Origin: Bacillota bacterium | GTDB lineage: Bacteria; Bacillota; SHA-98; UBA4971 | Assembly (NCBI GenBank): GCA_012516125.1 | Contig: JAAYXB010000027.1 | Span: forward strand, 10,592-74,591 | DNA: 64,000 nt | Direction of reading: 5' to 3' | In this document: one piece after another, positions 19,538-29,467 of the stretch | How the letters are laid out: every line of letters begins with the position of its first letter | Numbering within the stretch: the first letter of the stretch is position 1 | The notes under the pieces: generated by a model | Databases searched by the model: none | What the model was told of the DNA's origin: nothing | The model's input: only the letters and a program-made list of their open reading frames with translations | Translations under genes and position numbers: made by a program

Positions 19538-22381
19538 CTAAGCAAGATACGCTCTTGTGAGAGATTCGTCGTCAAGAAATCTTGCAGCAGGTCCTGTCCC
19601 CACGATTCGCCCGGAGCGCAGCACGTAAGCCCGGTCGGCGATGGCGAGTGCCGCCCGGGCGTTCTGCTCTACCAGCAGCACGGTCGTTCCCGCCCTCCTG
19701 ATGTCCTGGATCATCTGCATGACCCTGTCAACGAGCACGGGCGCAAGGCCCATGGACGGCTCATCCATGCAGATGAGCTTCGGGTTTGCGATGAGCGCAC
19801 GGGAGATCGCGAGCATCTGTTGTTCGCCGCCGGAGAGCGTCCCCGCCTTCTGGTGGCGCCTTTCGGCAAGCACCGGGAAGAGATCGAGGACTTGTTCTAT
19901 GCGCTCGGCGGCCTTGCGCCGGTCGCCAAGGACGTACCCGCCGAGCTCGAAGTTTTCCAGGACGGAAAGCCCCGGGAAGATCCTGCGACCCTCTGGGACC
20001 ACTGCAATTCCGGCCCTTGCGATCTCGGAGGTGGGCGTGCCGTCTATCCTCCGGCCCATGAACCGGATCTCTCCCTTCGCCGGACGGACGCGGCCGAGAA
20101 TGGTCCTGAGCAGCGTGGACTTCCCCGCGGCGTTGCTGCCGAGGACAGTCACGATCTCACCGCTCTCCACATAGAGATCCACGCCCTGGAGGACCCTGAC
20201 CGGGCCGTACGACGAGTGAACGTCTCTTATCTCGAGTAGCGGCTCGCCGTTCTCTGCTACCCTGCGCCTCGCTTCCGGGCGTCCGGGGCACTTGCTCGGG
20301 GGCCTTGGTAGCTTCACCTCCACCTGCTCGTGACGGGGCGCGTTCGCACAAGCACAGGTTGCGCCTTCCTGGGTGGTATCTCCAACTTTCCCCGGCTCGT
20401 CGCGAGGTCCTGCCCGACGGTCGGCAGCCGTCCCCCGTTCCACTCCCAGGTAGGCCCGCATCACCTCGGGGTTCGAAGCCACCTCGGCCGGCGTGCCCTC
20501 GGCGATCTTCTCGCCGTGGTCGAGGACGATCACGCGGTCGCACGTCCCGGCAACCACATCCATGTGATGCTCGATCACGATCACGGTGTAGCCGTGGTCC
20601 TTAAGCCTCTTGATCGTGTCGACCATCTCTTCGATTTCCTCAGGCGTCATCCCTGCCGTGGGCTCGTCGAGCAGCAGGATGCGGGGCTTGGCCGCGAGCG
20701 CCCGGGCAAGCTCTACCCGGCGGCGGTCCGGATATGCGAGATCGCGTGCAGGTTCCGCCTCACGCTCACGCAGGGCGCGCCCGAGAAAGCGCAGGGTATC
20801 GCGGGCGGTCGCGATCTCTGACGCCTCGCACGCCCGGAACGCCTGGGTGCGGAAGACCACCCCCGTAAGGTCGCGCCTTACTCGGAGATGACAACCGGCG
20901 AGGACGTTCTCGAGGACGCTCTGGCCCTCAAAGAGCCTGATGTTCTGGAAAGTGCGCGCGACGCCGAGAGCTGCTATCCTGTGAGACGGCAGGCCCACCA
21001 CGCTCTTGCCGAAGACCCTGATATCCCCGGAGGAGGGCCTCGTGACTCCGGTGATGAGGTTGAAGAGCGTGGTCTTCCCCGCCCCGTTCGGTCCGATGAT
21101 GCCGACCACCTCGCCCCGGTGCACCGTCAGGTTCACGCCGGAGAGGGCCGCAAGGCCGCCGAAGGTGCAGCGCACGTCGCGAACCTCGAGCGCAGGTTCG
21201 CCTGTCGCGGTCGCGGCACCGGCCTTGGCTGTCGCCCCGGGTTCCACGCGCGCTCCGGGTGCCTGGGCCGGGCGGGGTTCCGCTTCCGGCGTCCGCCTGC
21301 TACGCCGCCCGGTGCGCCCAGGCTCAGACGAGGAGGACCCGGAACGCGCGGGGATTAGGCCCTGAGGGCGATATATCACGAGAAGCACGAGGGCGACGCC
21401 GTAGATGAGCATTCTATACACGCTGTAGGCGCGCAGCAATTCCGGGAGGACTACCAGCGCAGCCGCTCCTAAGACGAGCCCCGGGAGATTCCTCATCCCG
21501 CCCAGGATGATCATGCAGTAGACAGTGATGGTCTCTGCCATCGTGAAGTTCTGGGGGAAGACCGCCCCCTGCCACGAGGCGAAAAGCGCCCCCGCAAGCC
21601 CCGCGAGGCCAGCTCCCCACAGGAAAGCCATCACCCTGTACCGCGCCACGTCCACGCCCATGCAGCCAGCGGCCACCTCGTCCTCGCGAAGCGCAGCCCA
21701 CGCCCGCCCGATTCCGGAGCGCAGGAGGCGGCTGGTCACAACTGCGGATCCGACGGCGAACGCCCATATCAGGCAGTATGACATCTCGAGCGGCGCGAAG
21801 CTCACGCCGAGGATGCTCGGAGGGTCGATCCCCACTATTCCGTTAGGGCCGTTCGTGATGTTCACCGGTCGGTCCAGGTTGTTGAGGAGGATGCGGACGA
21901 TCTGCCCGAACCCCAGCGTCACCATGGCCAGGTAGTCCCCGCGCAGGTGAAGCGTGGGGAGGCTCACCATGAGCGCCGCGAGGACTGCCCCTGCGACCGA
22001 GCATGCCGTGCTGAGCAGGAACGGCACGTGCAGTCCGAAGTGGGGCGACGACAGGAACGCGTACACGTAAGCACCGATGCCGTAGAACGCGACGTACCCG
22101 AGGTCGAGAAGCCCGGCCTCGCCGGCCACGATGTTGAGGCCGATGGCCAGTATGAGGTAAAGCCCGACGGTTCCACCCACGCGCAGGTAGTAAAAGTTAC
22201 GCGTGAGAAGCGGGATGAGGGCGAGGAGGGCGATGCCAAGATACACGGTCCCCGCGCCTCTGGCCGCGGCCATGCCTCGCTCCTGCCCGGAAGTTGTGGC
22301 GGCACAGGCGCCGCGCGCGTCGCCGGCTGCTACTGCGTCGTAGGATCCTCTCAACGTTACCACTCTTTCTTTGTGCTTCAT
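19538..22381 (-). CDS. Fused LIV-type ABC transporter: LivM permease, LivG ATPase and LivF ATPase
   Basis: LRGDYLAMVTLGF (LivM); GPNGAGKTT..EHHM (LivG); GSNAAGKST, LSGGEQQML and VEQNA (LivF); one 947-aa frame. Confidence 0.9.
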   Translation of the reverse strand: MKHKERVVTLRGSYDAVAAGDARGACAATTSGQERGMAAARGAGTVYLGIALLALIPLLTRNFYYLRVGGTVGLYLILAIGLNIVAGEAGLLDLGYVAFYGIGAYVYAFLSSPHFGLHVPFLLSTACSVAGAVLAALMVSLPTLHLRGDYLAMVTLGFGQIVRILLNNLDRPVNITNGPNGIVGIDPPSILGVSFAPLEMSYCLIWAFAVGSAVVTSRLLRSGIGRAWAALREDEVAAGCMGVDVARYRVMAFLWGAGLAGLAGALFASWQGAVFPQNFTMAETITVYCMIILGGMRNLPGLVLGAAALVVLPELLRAYSVYRMLIYGVALVLLVIYRPQGLIPARSGSSSSEPGRTGRRSRRTPEAEPRPAQAPGARVEPGATAKAGAATATGEPALEVRDVRCTFGGLAALSGVNLTVHRGEVVGIIGPNGAGKTTLFNLITGVTRPSSGDIRVFGKSVVGLPSHRIAALGVARTFQNIRLFEGQSVLENVLAGCHLRVRRDLTGVVFRTQAFRACEASEIATARDTLRFLGRALREREAEPARDLAYPDRRRVELARALAAKPRILLLDEPTAGMTPEEIEEMVDTIKRLKDHGYTVIVIEHHMDVVAGTCDRVIVLDHGEKIAEGTPAEVASNPEVMRAYLGVERGTAADRRAGPRDEPGKVGDTTQEGATCACANAPRHEQVEVKLPRPPSKCPGRPEARRRVAENGEPLLEIRDVHSSYGPVRVLQGVDLYVESGEIVTVLGSNAAGKSTLLRTILGRVRPAKGEIRFMGRRIDGTPTSEIARAGIAVVPEGRRIFPGLSVLENFELGGYVLGDRRKAAERIEQVLDLFPVLAERRHQKAGTLSGGEQQMLAISRALIANPKLICMDEPSMGLAPVLVDRVMQMIQDIRRAGTTVLLVEQNARAALAIADRAYVLRSGRIVGTGPAARFLDDESLTRAYLA

Positions 22382-22507
22382 GCCGATTGCAGCTCCTCAA
22401 TTCGTGCATCCCGTCTTCCGAACTGGCCCTGGCAGTGCGGATACGTCCTCCGTGTGCCCGTCCGTTGCTCCATTCCTCGTACGGTCATGCCCCATGCCCG
22501 CATATCC

Positions 22508-23437
22508 TCATACCTTCTCGTGCGCGTGTTCCCCCAGGATTCCCGCAGGCTTCAGTATAAGGGTTGCGATGAGCACGGAGAAAACAATGGCGTCCTTGTA
22601 CACGGGCGCCACGAAGAGCACCCCGAGGCTCTCCGCAAGGCCCAGGACGATCCCGCCGGCCATGGCGCCCCTTATGCTCCCGATACCTCCAAGCACGGCC
22701 GCAGTAAAGGCCTTCAGGCCTGCCGAGAATCCCATTATGAAGTCCACCTGCATGTAGTAAAGCCCGATCATGACTCCCGCGATGCCTGCAAGTGCCGACC
22801 CGATAATGAAGGTCGCCGCGATCACCGCGGACGTCCGGATGCCCATGTACTCGGCAGCTTCGGGGTCTTCGCTCGTGGCGCGCATGGCCTTGCCGAGCAT
22901 GGTGTGGGAGATGGCGAAGTCAAGCGCCAGCATGATGGCCACCGATGCCGCGAAGATAGCAAGGCGCGTGGCCGAGATGGCGGCGTCTCCCACGCGAACG
23001 GTCCAGGTGGGCGGGATGAGCAGCTCCGTCTGGTACGCTTTGGCACGCCCCGCGGTCAGCAACATCGCAGCGTTCTCCAGAATGATAGATACCCCGAGAG
23101 CCGAAATGAGCGGCGCGAGGCGCGAGCTTCCGCGTAGCCGGCGATATGCGAAACGCTCGATGAGCCCTCCCAGGATGCTGGTAGCCGCCACCGCAGCCAG
23201 GGTCATGACGACGAGAACCGCGAAGGGGTTTGCCGCGAGCGCCCCGCCCCTGGTGAAGAGATAGAGGACTGCCCACCCCGCAAAGGCACCGACCATGAAC
23301 ACGTCCCCATGTGCGAAGTTGAGCATCTTGAGGATGCCGTAGACCATGGAGTAGCCGAGCGCGAGCAGGGCATATACGCTGCCCAGCGTGAGGCCGTTCA
23401 CGATCTGTTGGGGCAACTGCGCGAGTACCTGTTCCAT
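22508..23437 (-). CDS. livH: LIV-type ABC permease LivH
   Basis: NGLTLGSVYALLALG, LNFAHGD and KAFTAAVLGGIG. Confidence 0.93.
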   Translation of the reverse strand: MEQVLAQLPQQIVNGLTLGSVYALLALGYSMVYGILKMLNFAHGDVFMVGAFAGWAVLYLFTRGGALAANPFAVLVVMTLAAVAATSILGGLIERFAYRRLRGSSRLAPLISALGVSIILENAAMLLTAGRAKAYQTELLIPPTWTVRVGDAAISATRLAIFAASVAIMLALDFAISHTMLGKAMRATSEDPEAAEYMGIRTSAVIAATFIIGSALAGIAGVMIGLYYMQVDFIMGFSAGLKAFTAAVLGGIGSIRGAMAGGIVLGLAESLGVLFVAPVYKDAIVFSVLIATLILKPAGILGEHAHEKV

Positions 23438-23787
23438 GGGACTCGTCTACCACCTCTCCATGTCCTCGTTACCGTCGCTGTCACTGCCACTTTTGTGGCC
23501 TCCGTCCAAGCATAGATTCGCGTTCCCAGGTCCTGTTCGGGGCCCTGCCCGGGAGGCATCTTGTCTGATTCCTGGCTATCCACCACATATTCGGGCGGAT
23601 GCCAGGACCGTGGCGCGGGCGCGCGCGGCCGGGTCGCCGTCCCACCTACCATCGAATGGCGGCGGCGGATGGCGGACGATGATGCCGCCGGCGCACCCGC
23701 GCGTTGCGGCAGCCTGTGCGCGGACTCGGACGACCTGGGAAGCGCGCGCAGGCAGTCCGTTGGCGGCCCGAGCTGACCTCGCCGCGG

Positions 23788-25035
23788 TCACCGGACCTCA
23801 GCAGGGTACTCCTTGACCTGGACGAAGTCGCCACCCTTCACCTGGAACACGTAGATGCTCGCTCCGACCACGTCGCCCTTGGCGTTGAAGCTCACCGGGA
23901 ATCCGAGTATCCCCCGGTAACCCCGGGTGTTGTGGACCGCCTCCAGCACTGCGGCCCGCGTGAGCCCGGCGGGGTTATTCCCGGCCGCCTTCCTCATGGC
24001 CTCTATCAGTATCTTCGTCGCCTCATAGCTCTGCCCCGAGAAAATGCTCATAGCACCGTACTTGCCTTCGAACTTCTGGATGAACCCTTGTGCCTCGGGC
24101 ACATCCTTGATGTCGCGGCCTATGGCCGTCACATACATGCCCTCGGCTGCTCCTCCGGCGCCCGCAATAAGCTGGTCTCTCTCTTTGAGGCCATCTCCTC
24201 CCATTAACTTGGGCCGGAGTCCGAGCCCGACGGCCTGCTTGATAAGGGCCGCGGCCTGGGCGGGGTTCGGGAGCGCGAGGTACAGGAGGTCCGGCGCGGC
24301 GGCCTTGACCTTCGTCAGAATAGGCGAGAAATCCCTGTCCTCGGGAGTTATCTGACCGCGCGTGATCTTGACGCCGGCCTTCTTAAGCGCCGCGGCTACC
24401 TGGTCCGCGAGGCCCTGTCCGTACGCGCCCTTGTCGTCGAGTATGTAGACGTTCTTCGCTCCGAGCTCTTCCACTATAAATCTCGCCGCTGCCGGGCCCT
24501 GGGCGTCATCCCTCGGGCATATCCTGTGCATGACCTTATACCCGAGTTCGGTCAGGGACGGGTTCGTGGCTGACTGGCTTATGATCACCAGCCCCGCCCG
24601 CTGGTAAGTCGGCAGGGCGGCGTTCACGGCACCGCTGTTCATCGGTCCCACCACGCCGAGCACGCTCCTGTCCATGGCAAACTTATCGGCGACGATGACG
24701 GCCCGTGCGGGGTCGCCCGCGTCATCCCCAACCACTATTTCGATCTTCCTTCCCCCGACGCCGCCTTCGGCGTTTGCCTCATCCACAGCCATCCGGATGG
24801 CGTTGAGGGAGTCGAGGCCGATCTTAGAGAGATCCCCCGTGAATGGCCCTGCGGCGCCGATCTTGACCGGCGGCAGCTCTGTGCCGAAGACAAGACCCGT
24901 GCCGATGCCCAGGACGAGCACCACCAGGACCGCAAGGCACAGTGAAGTGCGGGCGCCCGCGGCCATCCCTGCCAGACCCATTCTGAGCCTGCTTCTCACT
25001 TTCTTCTGATTCCGACGTGAAACTACCGGTTTCAT
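23788..25035 (-). CDS. LIV-type substrate-binding protein (LivK/LivJ family)
   Basis: KIGAAGPFTG, DDAGDP, SATNPSLT and RICPRDDAQG. Confidence 0.92.
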   Translation of the reverse strand: MKPVVSRRNQKKVRSRLRMGLAGMAAGARTSLCLAVLVVLVLGIGTGLVFGTELPPVKIGAAGPFTGDLSKIGLDSLNAIRMAVDEANAEGGVGGRKIEIVVGDDAGDPARAVIVADKFAMDRSVLGVVGPMNSGAVNAALPTYQRAGLVIISQSATNPSLTELGYKVMHRICPRDDAQGPAAARFIVEELGAKNVYILDDKGAYGQGLADQVAAALKKAGVKITRGQITPEDRDFSPILTKVKAAAPDLLYLALPNPAQAAALIKQAVGLGLRPKLMGGDGLKERDQLIAGAGGAAEGMYVTAIGRDIKDVPEAQGFIQKFEGKYGAMSIFSGQSYEATKILIEAMRKAAGNNPAGLTRAAVLEAVHNTRGYRGILGFPVSFNAKGDVVGASIYVFQVKGGDFVQVKEYPAEVR

Positions 25036-25057
25036 CTCTCCTCTACCTCCTTGCTTC

Positions 25058-26968
25058 TTATCGGTCGACTATCGGCACGCCCCGCTCTGCGAGGCGACTT
25101 GCCCACTCGTCCAGGCCGAGCCTTCTCAACGTAGACGCGGTCGGGACGCCGGTCCCGACATCCCACCCCCGGGCCTTGTAATACTCGTCGAGCATCTCAT
25201 CGAGTGCGACCGTGCTGCCGCTTGTCGCCCCGCACCCCGCGGGCATCGGCTCTTCCCTGAAGCGCCTGGGAAGCGTGTCGTCGCATCGGCGGATCCCAAG
25301 GGCGGTGATGAAGCAACGTTCGAGGTTGACGATGCGCTCGCAGGCAGCCTGCACCTCGGCCTCGTCGAAGTCGAAGCCTGTTGCAGCCCGGAGGACCGTG
25401 GCGGCGTCATCGAACGGCAGGACCTCCATGTTCACGATGGTGTTCTTGCACGCGTCGAGCGAGTCAGCGAGGGCGCACAGCTCCTCGAAATGCTTGACGA
25501 CGCGGCCTTTGCCCTTGTGCTCGAGCCTGAAGGCCGCTTCCCTTGCCCCGAACCTTCGCACGGCCGCCTCGGCATCCTGGGTGAACTCGAAGGACGGCTC
25601 TGACCGGAGGTGGTCGCCGCCGCGGCTTGCGACCGCGTTGCCCAGCGCGTAACCCTTGATGCCCCTGGGGTCAGCCATGAAGATCTCGAGGCCTTTCACG
25701 TGCATGGCGAGGTCCTCGCTGCCCCGGCCGATCTTGCGCGCCGCTTCACGGACCCCATCTGCGAGCACGTCCCCGAAGCCTTCGCGCGATGCGATCTTGC
25801 GGACCAAGGTCTGCACGGCGCCGATGTTTCCCCAGGTAAGGTCGAGACCGTCAGCCTCTTGGCGCGAGATGATCCCGCGCTCGAAGCACTCCATGGCGAA
25901 GGACACGCACTCCGCCGTGGAGATAGCGTCCATCCCGGCGCGATTGCATATGTCGAGGGTGGCAAGGCCGGCCTCAAGGTCGCGGACGCCGACACGTGAC
26001 GTGAAGCCCGCAAGCCCCTCGAACTCCGGTCCCTCACTCTTGAGGCCGGCGTATGGCCCGGACTTCACCTCGAAGAACCTGCTGCACGGGATGGTGCACG
26101 AAAAGCACGCCTTGCCCTTTACCCTGAGGCGCGCGGCAAGCGTCTCGCCGCTCACCTCGTCCGCATGCTCGAACCTTCCCGTCTGGAAGTGGCGGGTGGC
26201 GAGGCACCCCGCCGCATTGAGGGCCGAGAGGAGCCTCGTGGTGCCCAAGGCGACCCTGGGCTTATACTCCGGGTGGCTCAGGATCCTTGTGTCCAGCGCT
26301 CTAATGAAATCGAGGAACTCCTCCGGGCGCGCGACCTCCAGGGGTTTTGTGCCGCGAACGACGACCGCCTTGAGTCCCTTGGACGCCATCACTGCACCAA
26401 TTCCGGTCCGCGCTGCGGCGCGGACGAGGTTGCAGAAGATCCCTGAGAATTTCACTCCGCGCTCGGCAGCGGGGCCGATGCATGCGACCTGGGCGCGGCC
26501 CCCGTGTCGCGCAAGGAGCGCCTTTTGTGTTTCCCACACGTCGAGGCCCGCGAGGTCCCCGGCGGGAAGGACCTCGGCCCCATCGTCGGATATGAAGAGA
26601 TAAGAAAGCCTATCGGCCCGTCCGCGTATGATAACCTGATCGTACCCGGCGAATTTGAGCTCTGGTCCGAAAAACCCGCCGGCGTTGGAGTCCCCGAGTA
26701 TCCCGGTCTGAGGGGACTTCGAGGTGAAGTTCACACGGGCAGCGCCGGGGAAGAGCGTGCCGTCGAGGGGGCCCGTGCCGATGATGAGGACGTTCTCGGG
26801 GGAGAGCGGATCGACGTCAAGGTCGATCTCGCGGACGAGCCGCGCGACGTTGAGCCCGCGCCCGCCGATATACCGCCGGGCCGAAGCGAGGTCAAGTCCT
26901 TCGGCTGAGACTTTGCCGGCGCCAAGATCGACGTCGAGTATCCTGCCTGCGTAGCCGTATGACTTCAT
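25058..26968 (-). CDS. aor: Aldehyde:ferredoxin oxidoreductase (tungsten AOR/WOR family)
   Basis: GYAGRILDVDL, KSPQTG, AARTGIGAVMASKGLKA, CFSCTIPC, EGPEFE, HVKGLE, DDTLPRRF and LDEYYKARGWD. TGATG overlap with the upstream gene. Confidence 0.93.
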   Translation of the reverse strand: MKSYGYAGRILDVDLGAGKVSAEGLDLASARRYIGGRGLNVARLVREIDLDVDPLSPENVLIIGTGPLDGTLFPGAARVNFTSKSPQTGILGDSNAGGFFGPELKFAGYDQVIIRGRADRLSYLFISDDGAEVLPAGDLAGLDVWETQKALLARHGGRAQVACIGPAAERGVKFSGIFCNLVRAAARTGIGAVMASKGLKAVVVRGTKPLEVARPEEFLDFIRALDTRILSHPEYKPRVALGTTRLLSALNAAGCLATRHFQTGRFEHADEVSGETLAARLRVKGKACFSCTIPCSRFFEVKSGPYAGLKSEGPEFEGLAGFTSRVGVRDLEAGLATLDICNRAGMDAISTAECVSFAMECFERGIISRQEADGLDLTWGNIGAVQTLVRKIASREGFGDVLADGVREAARKIGRGSEDLAMHVKGLEIFMADPRGIKGYALGNAVASRGGDHLRSEPSFEFTQDAEAAVRRFGAREAAFRLEHKGKGRVVKHFEELCALADSLDACKNTIVNMEVLPFDDAATVLRAATGFDFDEAEVQAACERIVNLERCFITALGIRRCDDTLPRRFREEPMPAGCGATSGSTVALDEMLDEYYKARGWDVGTGVPTASTLRRLGLDEWASRLAERGVPIVDR

Positions 26969-27804
26969 CAGATGTTTCCCTCCTGGTCGCCTGGTGTGTC
27001 CTGGGTGGATGCGCGATGGGGAGCGCCGGGTCTGGGGGCCTTCTCGCCAACTCCAGCCAGGCCGTACGAGATGGCTCCTGTTGGACACCGCCTCACGCAC
27101 TCCGGGTCCCCGCCGCAGAGATCGCAGATGAGCGGGACCCTGGTCTCGGGATGGAAAGCCACGGCGCCAAAGGGGCATGCGTCGGCGCACGTGCCGCATC
27201 CGCTGCACCGGGTCTCGTCCACGACAACGCACCTGGTTTCGGGGTTCCGCGAGAGAGCTCCACTTGGGCATGCCTCCACGCACCTCGCGTTTCCGCACTG
27301 CCTGCATACCAACGGACGGTCGATCCCGTCCTCATCGACCTTGTCCACGTGTATCCTTGATAGCAAGTCGGAAAACTTCCGCTCGTGCGTAAAGCTGCAG
27401 ATGAGCTCACATGCCCGGCAGCCTGCGCAGAGCTTTTCGTTCACGAGCATCTTGGGGCGCGGGCCCCGACCGCTGCGGGTGCGGGTGTCGCGGCCGGTGC
27501 GCCCGTCGTGCTCTTTCGTTCCCTCACCCGCCGGTTCGCCCACCCGCTCGATCCGGAATATGACCATGCCGTTTGGGTCAGGGCACGCTACCCGGACGGT
27601 GTCCGAGAGCCAGTCGTTCTCCTCGACGATGTTGCGTTGCTTTGCCGGGAGCATTGGGAGAATGCTCTGAAGCGCCCACAGGCACATGAATTTGCCATCG
27701 GGGATCGTGATACGCCCCCCGCTGACCTCGAAGTAGTCTCCAACCTTCATCGGAAGGTCGCAGAACCCACGAATTTCGTCGACCACAACCCTGAGATCGT
27801 ACAT
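26968..27804 (-). CDS. TIGR04076-like domain fused to a 4x[4Fe-4S] ferredoxin
   Basis: N-terminal LRVVVDEIRGFC...VGDYF...C.WAL...CPDP...VIFRIER; C-terminal CAGCRAC, CRQC...C...CP, CSGCGTC...CP and CDLC...C...CP. Confidence 0.85.
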   Translation of the reverse strand: MYDLRVVVDEIRGFCDLPMKVGDYFEVSGGRITIPDGKFMCLWALQSILPMLPAKQRNIVEENDWLSDTVRVACPDPNGMVIFRIERVGEPAGEGTKEHDGRTGRDTRTRSGRGPRPKMLVNEKLCAGCRACELICSFTHERKFSDLLSRIHVDKVDEDGIDRPLVCRQCGNARCVEACPSGALSRNPETRCVVVDETRCSGCGTCADACPFGAVAFHPETRVPLICDLCGGDPECVRRCPTGAISYGLAGVGEKAPRPGAPHRASTQDTPGDQEGNI

Positions 27805-27942
27805 GTTCAATGCTGCCTCCATGCTTCTGTGTTGGCGGTCGGCCGGCAGGCTAACCCGCCGACCAGCCTCGTTTGCCGCGAAAGCCTTTCTGCCGGACGG
27901 CGACGGCGAGGGCGAGAGTTGCATCCCGACGCCATGGCCAAC

Positions 27943-27971
27943 AAAAAAGCCCGTCCCGTAAGGGACGAGCT
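27943..27971 (-). terminator. T-box intrinsic terminator
   Basis: Minus strand AGCTCGTCCC-tta-CGGGACGGGCTTTTTT. Confidence 0.85.
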
Positions 27972-28315
27972 CAATGATGTGCCCGTGGTGCCACCCTCGT
28001 GAGGTAGGAAGATCCTGACCCCACTCGTTACCAGGATACGGCCTTCGGAAATAACCCAGCCGGCGATATCCCTGCCCTGTAACGGTGGCTTCCGGCTCAG
28101 CCTACTCAGTCGGGCCATCGCGTGCGCTTCCTTGCGCCTTGCGGCTTATGTGCCATCATGCACCTTCGCGGCGTCGCGGCGACCGCGCGCGTGCCGACCT
28201 TTCAGCCTGCGACTCTGGGGCCCACTCGCCACACCCATCTCCGCGGGGCTTGCACCGTCCCCCGCTCGCTCCGGATAAGGGCCTTCCGTGGCGACCTTCC
28301 CCTTCAACGCCTTTG
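27943..28315 (-). promoter_or_regulatory. T-box riboswitch with predicted Trp (UGG) specifier
   Basis: Stem I with GGTGCAAGCC, specifier context GAG-TGG-G (TGG at 28222-28224), stem II GCTGAAAG, F-box CCGTTA (28080-28085), T-box AGGGTGGCACCACG (27984-27997) and a terminator with T6. Confidence 0.9.
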
Positions 28316-28372
28316 CGCTGCTCTGTGTTTCAGTTCTCGCTTCCGGCCCCGTTTACGGCTCCGGTTGCTCCT

Positions 28373-28402
28373 ATTCTAGCAACATCTTTCCTCCGTTGTC
28401 AA
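28373..28402 (-). promoter_or_regulatory. Sigma-A promoter of the T-box operon
   Basis: TTGACA-N18-TAGAAT with an extended -10 TG. Confidence 0.7.
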
Positions 28403-28688
28403 CAGTGGATTTTGGCCCTCGCTTCCTACCACGGGGCAGTCTGGCCTGGTTTTGCACAGGCAGCATTTCACACGGGGCACCTTTGCGCTGCCACTTCTTG
28501 CCACTCCAGGCGCGGCATGTTATACTTGAGGTGACTTCGCCATGCGAAACATCAGGTGATCGGGTCTGGAACTATGGGTCACGGTCACGGAGGCGGCCGA
28601 GTGTAAAGACGTGGGCGTTCATGAGGGGAGGCATGCAAAACCGGTGAGTAGAGGTCTATCTGATTCCCTGACAAGGACCTGGGACTCC

Positions 28689-29291
28689 ATGCCGAACGCG
28701 GGCCTGGTAAGTAATGACCCCATCAGCCAGCGCCGGGTCACCTACAGCGACTATGCTGCGCTCGATGACGGACGGCGCTATCAGGTTTTGTCGGGCATAC
28801 TGGTGGCCGAGCCTGCTCCGACGACCCTGCACCAGCAGGTTGTAGCCAACCTTTTTCACGTTCTCAGAGATCATATCGACAATCATATCGACAGAATGGC
28901 CGGGGGCATCTTGCTGCCCTCACCGGTCGACGTCATCCTCGATCCCGAGGAGCAGGTCGAGGTGCTCCAACCGGACATTGTGTGGGTTCGACCGGAGCGC
29001 TCCGCGATCGTGGGGATGGCAGCCATTTTCGGTGTTCCCGACCTTGTGGTCGAGGTGCTCTCACCATCGAATGCAATGCGCGACCGCAGCGAGAAAATCC
29101 CGCGATACCGCAGGTTCGGCGTGCCACACGTCTGGATTCTCGATCCTGAGATGCGTCTTCTCGAGGAGATGGTCCTGGCTGGTCCCGGTTCGTATGAGGA
29201 GACGCTGCTTCACCGGGGTCGGGAGACTGTCAGGCCGGGGTGTTTTCCCGGGCTTCGCTTCGAACTCGCGCGGGTATGGCCAGCATTATGA
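28689..29291 (+). CDS. Uma2-family (PD-(D/E)xK) endonuclease-like protein
   Basis: PAPTTLHQ, QPDIVWV, PDLVVEVLSPS, K..Y..FGVPHVWILDP. Start uncertain (28644 or 28689). Confidence 0.88.
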   Translation: MPNAGLVSNDPISQRRVTYSDYAALDDGRRYQVLSGILVAEPAPTTLHQQVVANLFHVLRDHIDNHIDRMAGGILLPSPVDVILDPEEQVEVLQPDIVWVRPERSAIVGMAAIFGVPDLVVEVLSPSNAMRDRSEKIPRYRRFGVPHVWILDPEMRLLEEMVLAGPGSYEETLLHRGRETVRPGCFPGLRFELARVWPAL

Positions 29292-29467
29292 GCGCTCAAG
29301 GCTTACAGACCTATGGGAGCTAAACACGACTCGTAAGTCGCAGGTGCACCTTCGCCGAACAACGAAGCCCGATGGCCATTCTCGCGGGCCTGGTCCGGCA
29401 GACAGAGGCCCTCCGTGCCGCCTTCCAGTGATCTGAGTCCTGTACGGAAAGGCCAGATGCGAGTCTG

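Noticed and set aside
26969-27307. N-terminal extension of AOR in the ORF track (749 aa)
   Set aside because: It overlaps the ferredoxin gene; family similarity begins at MKSYGY (26968).
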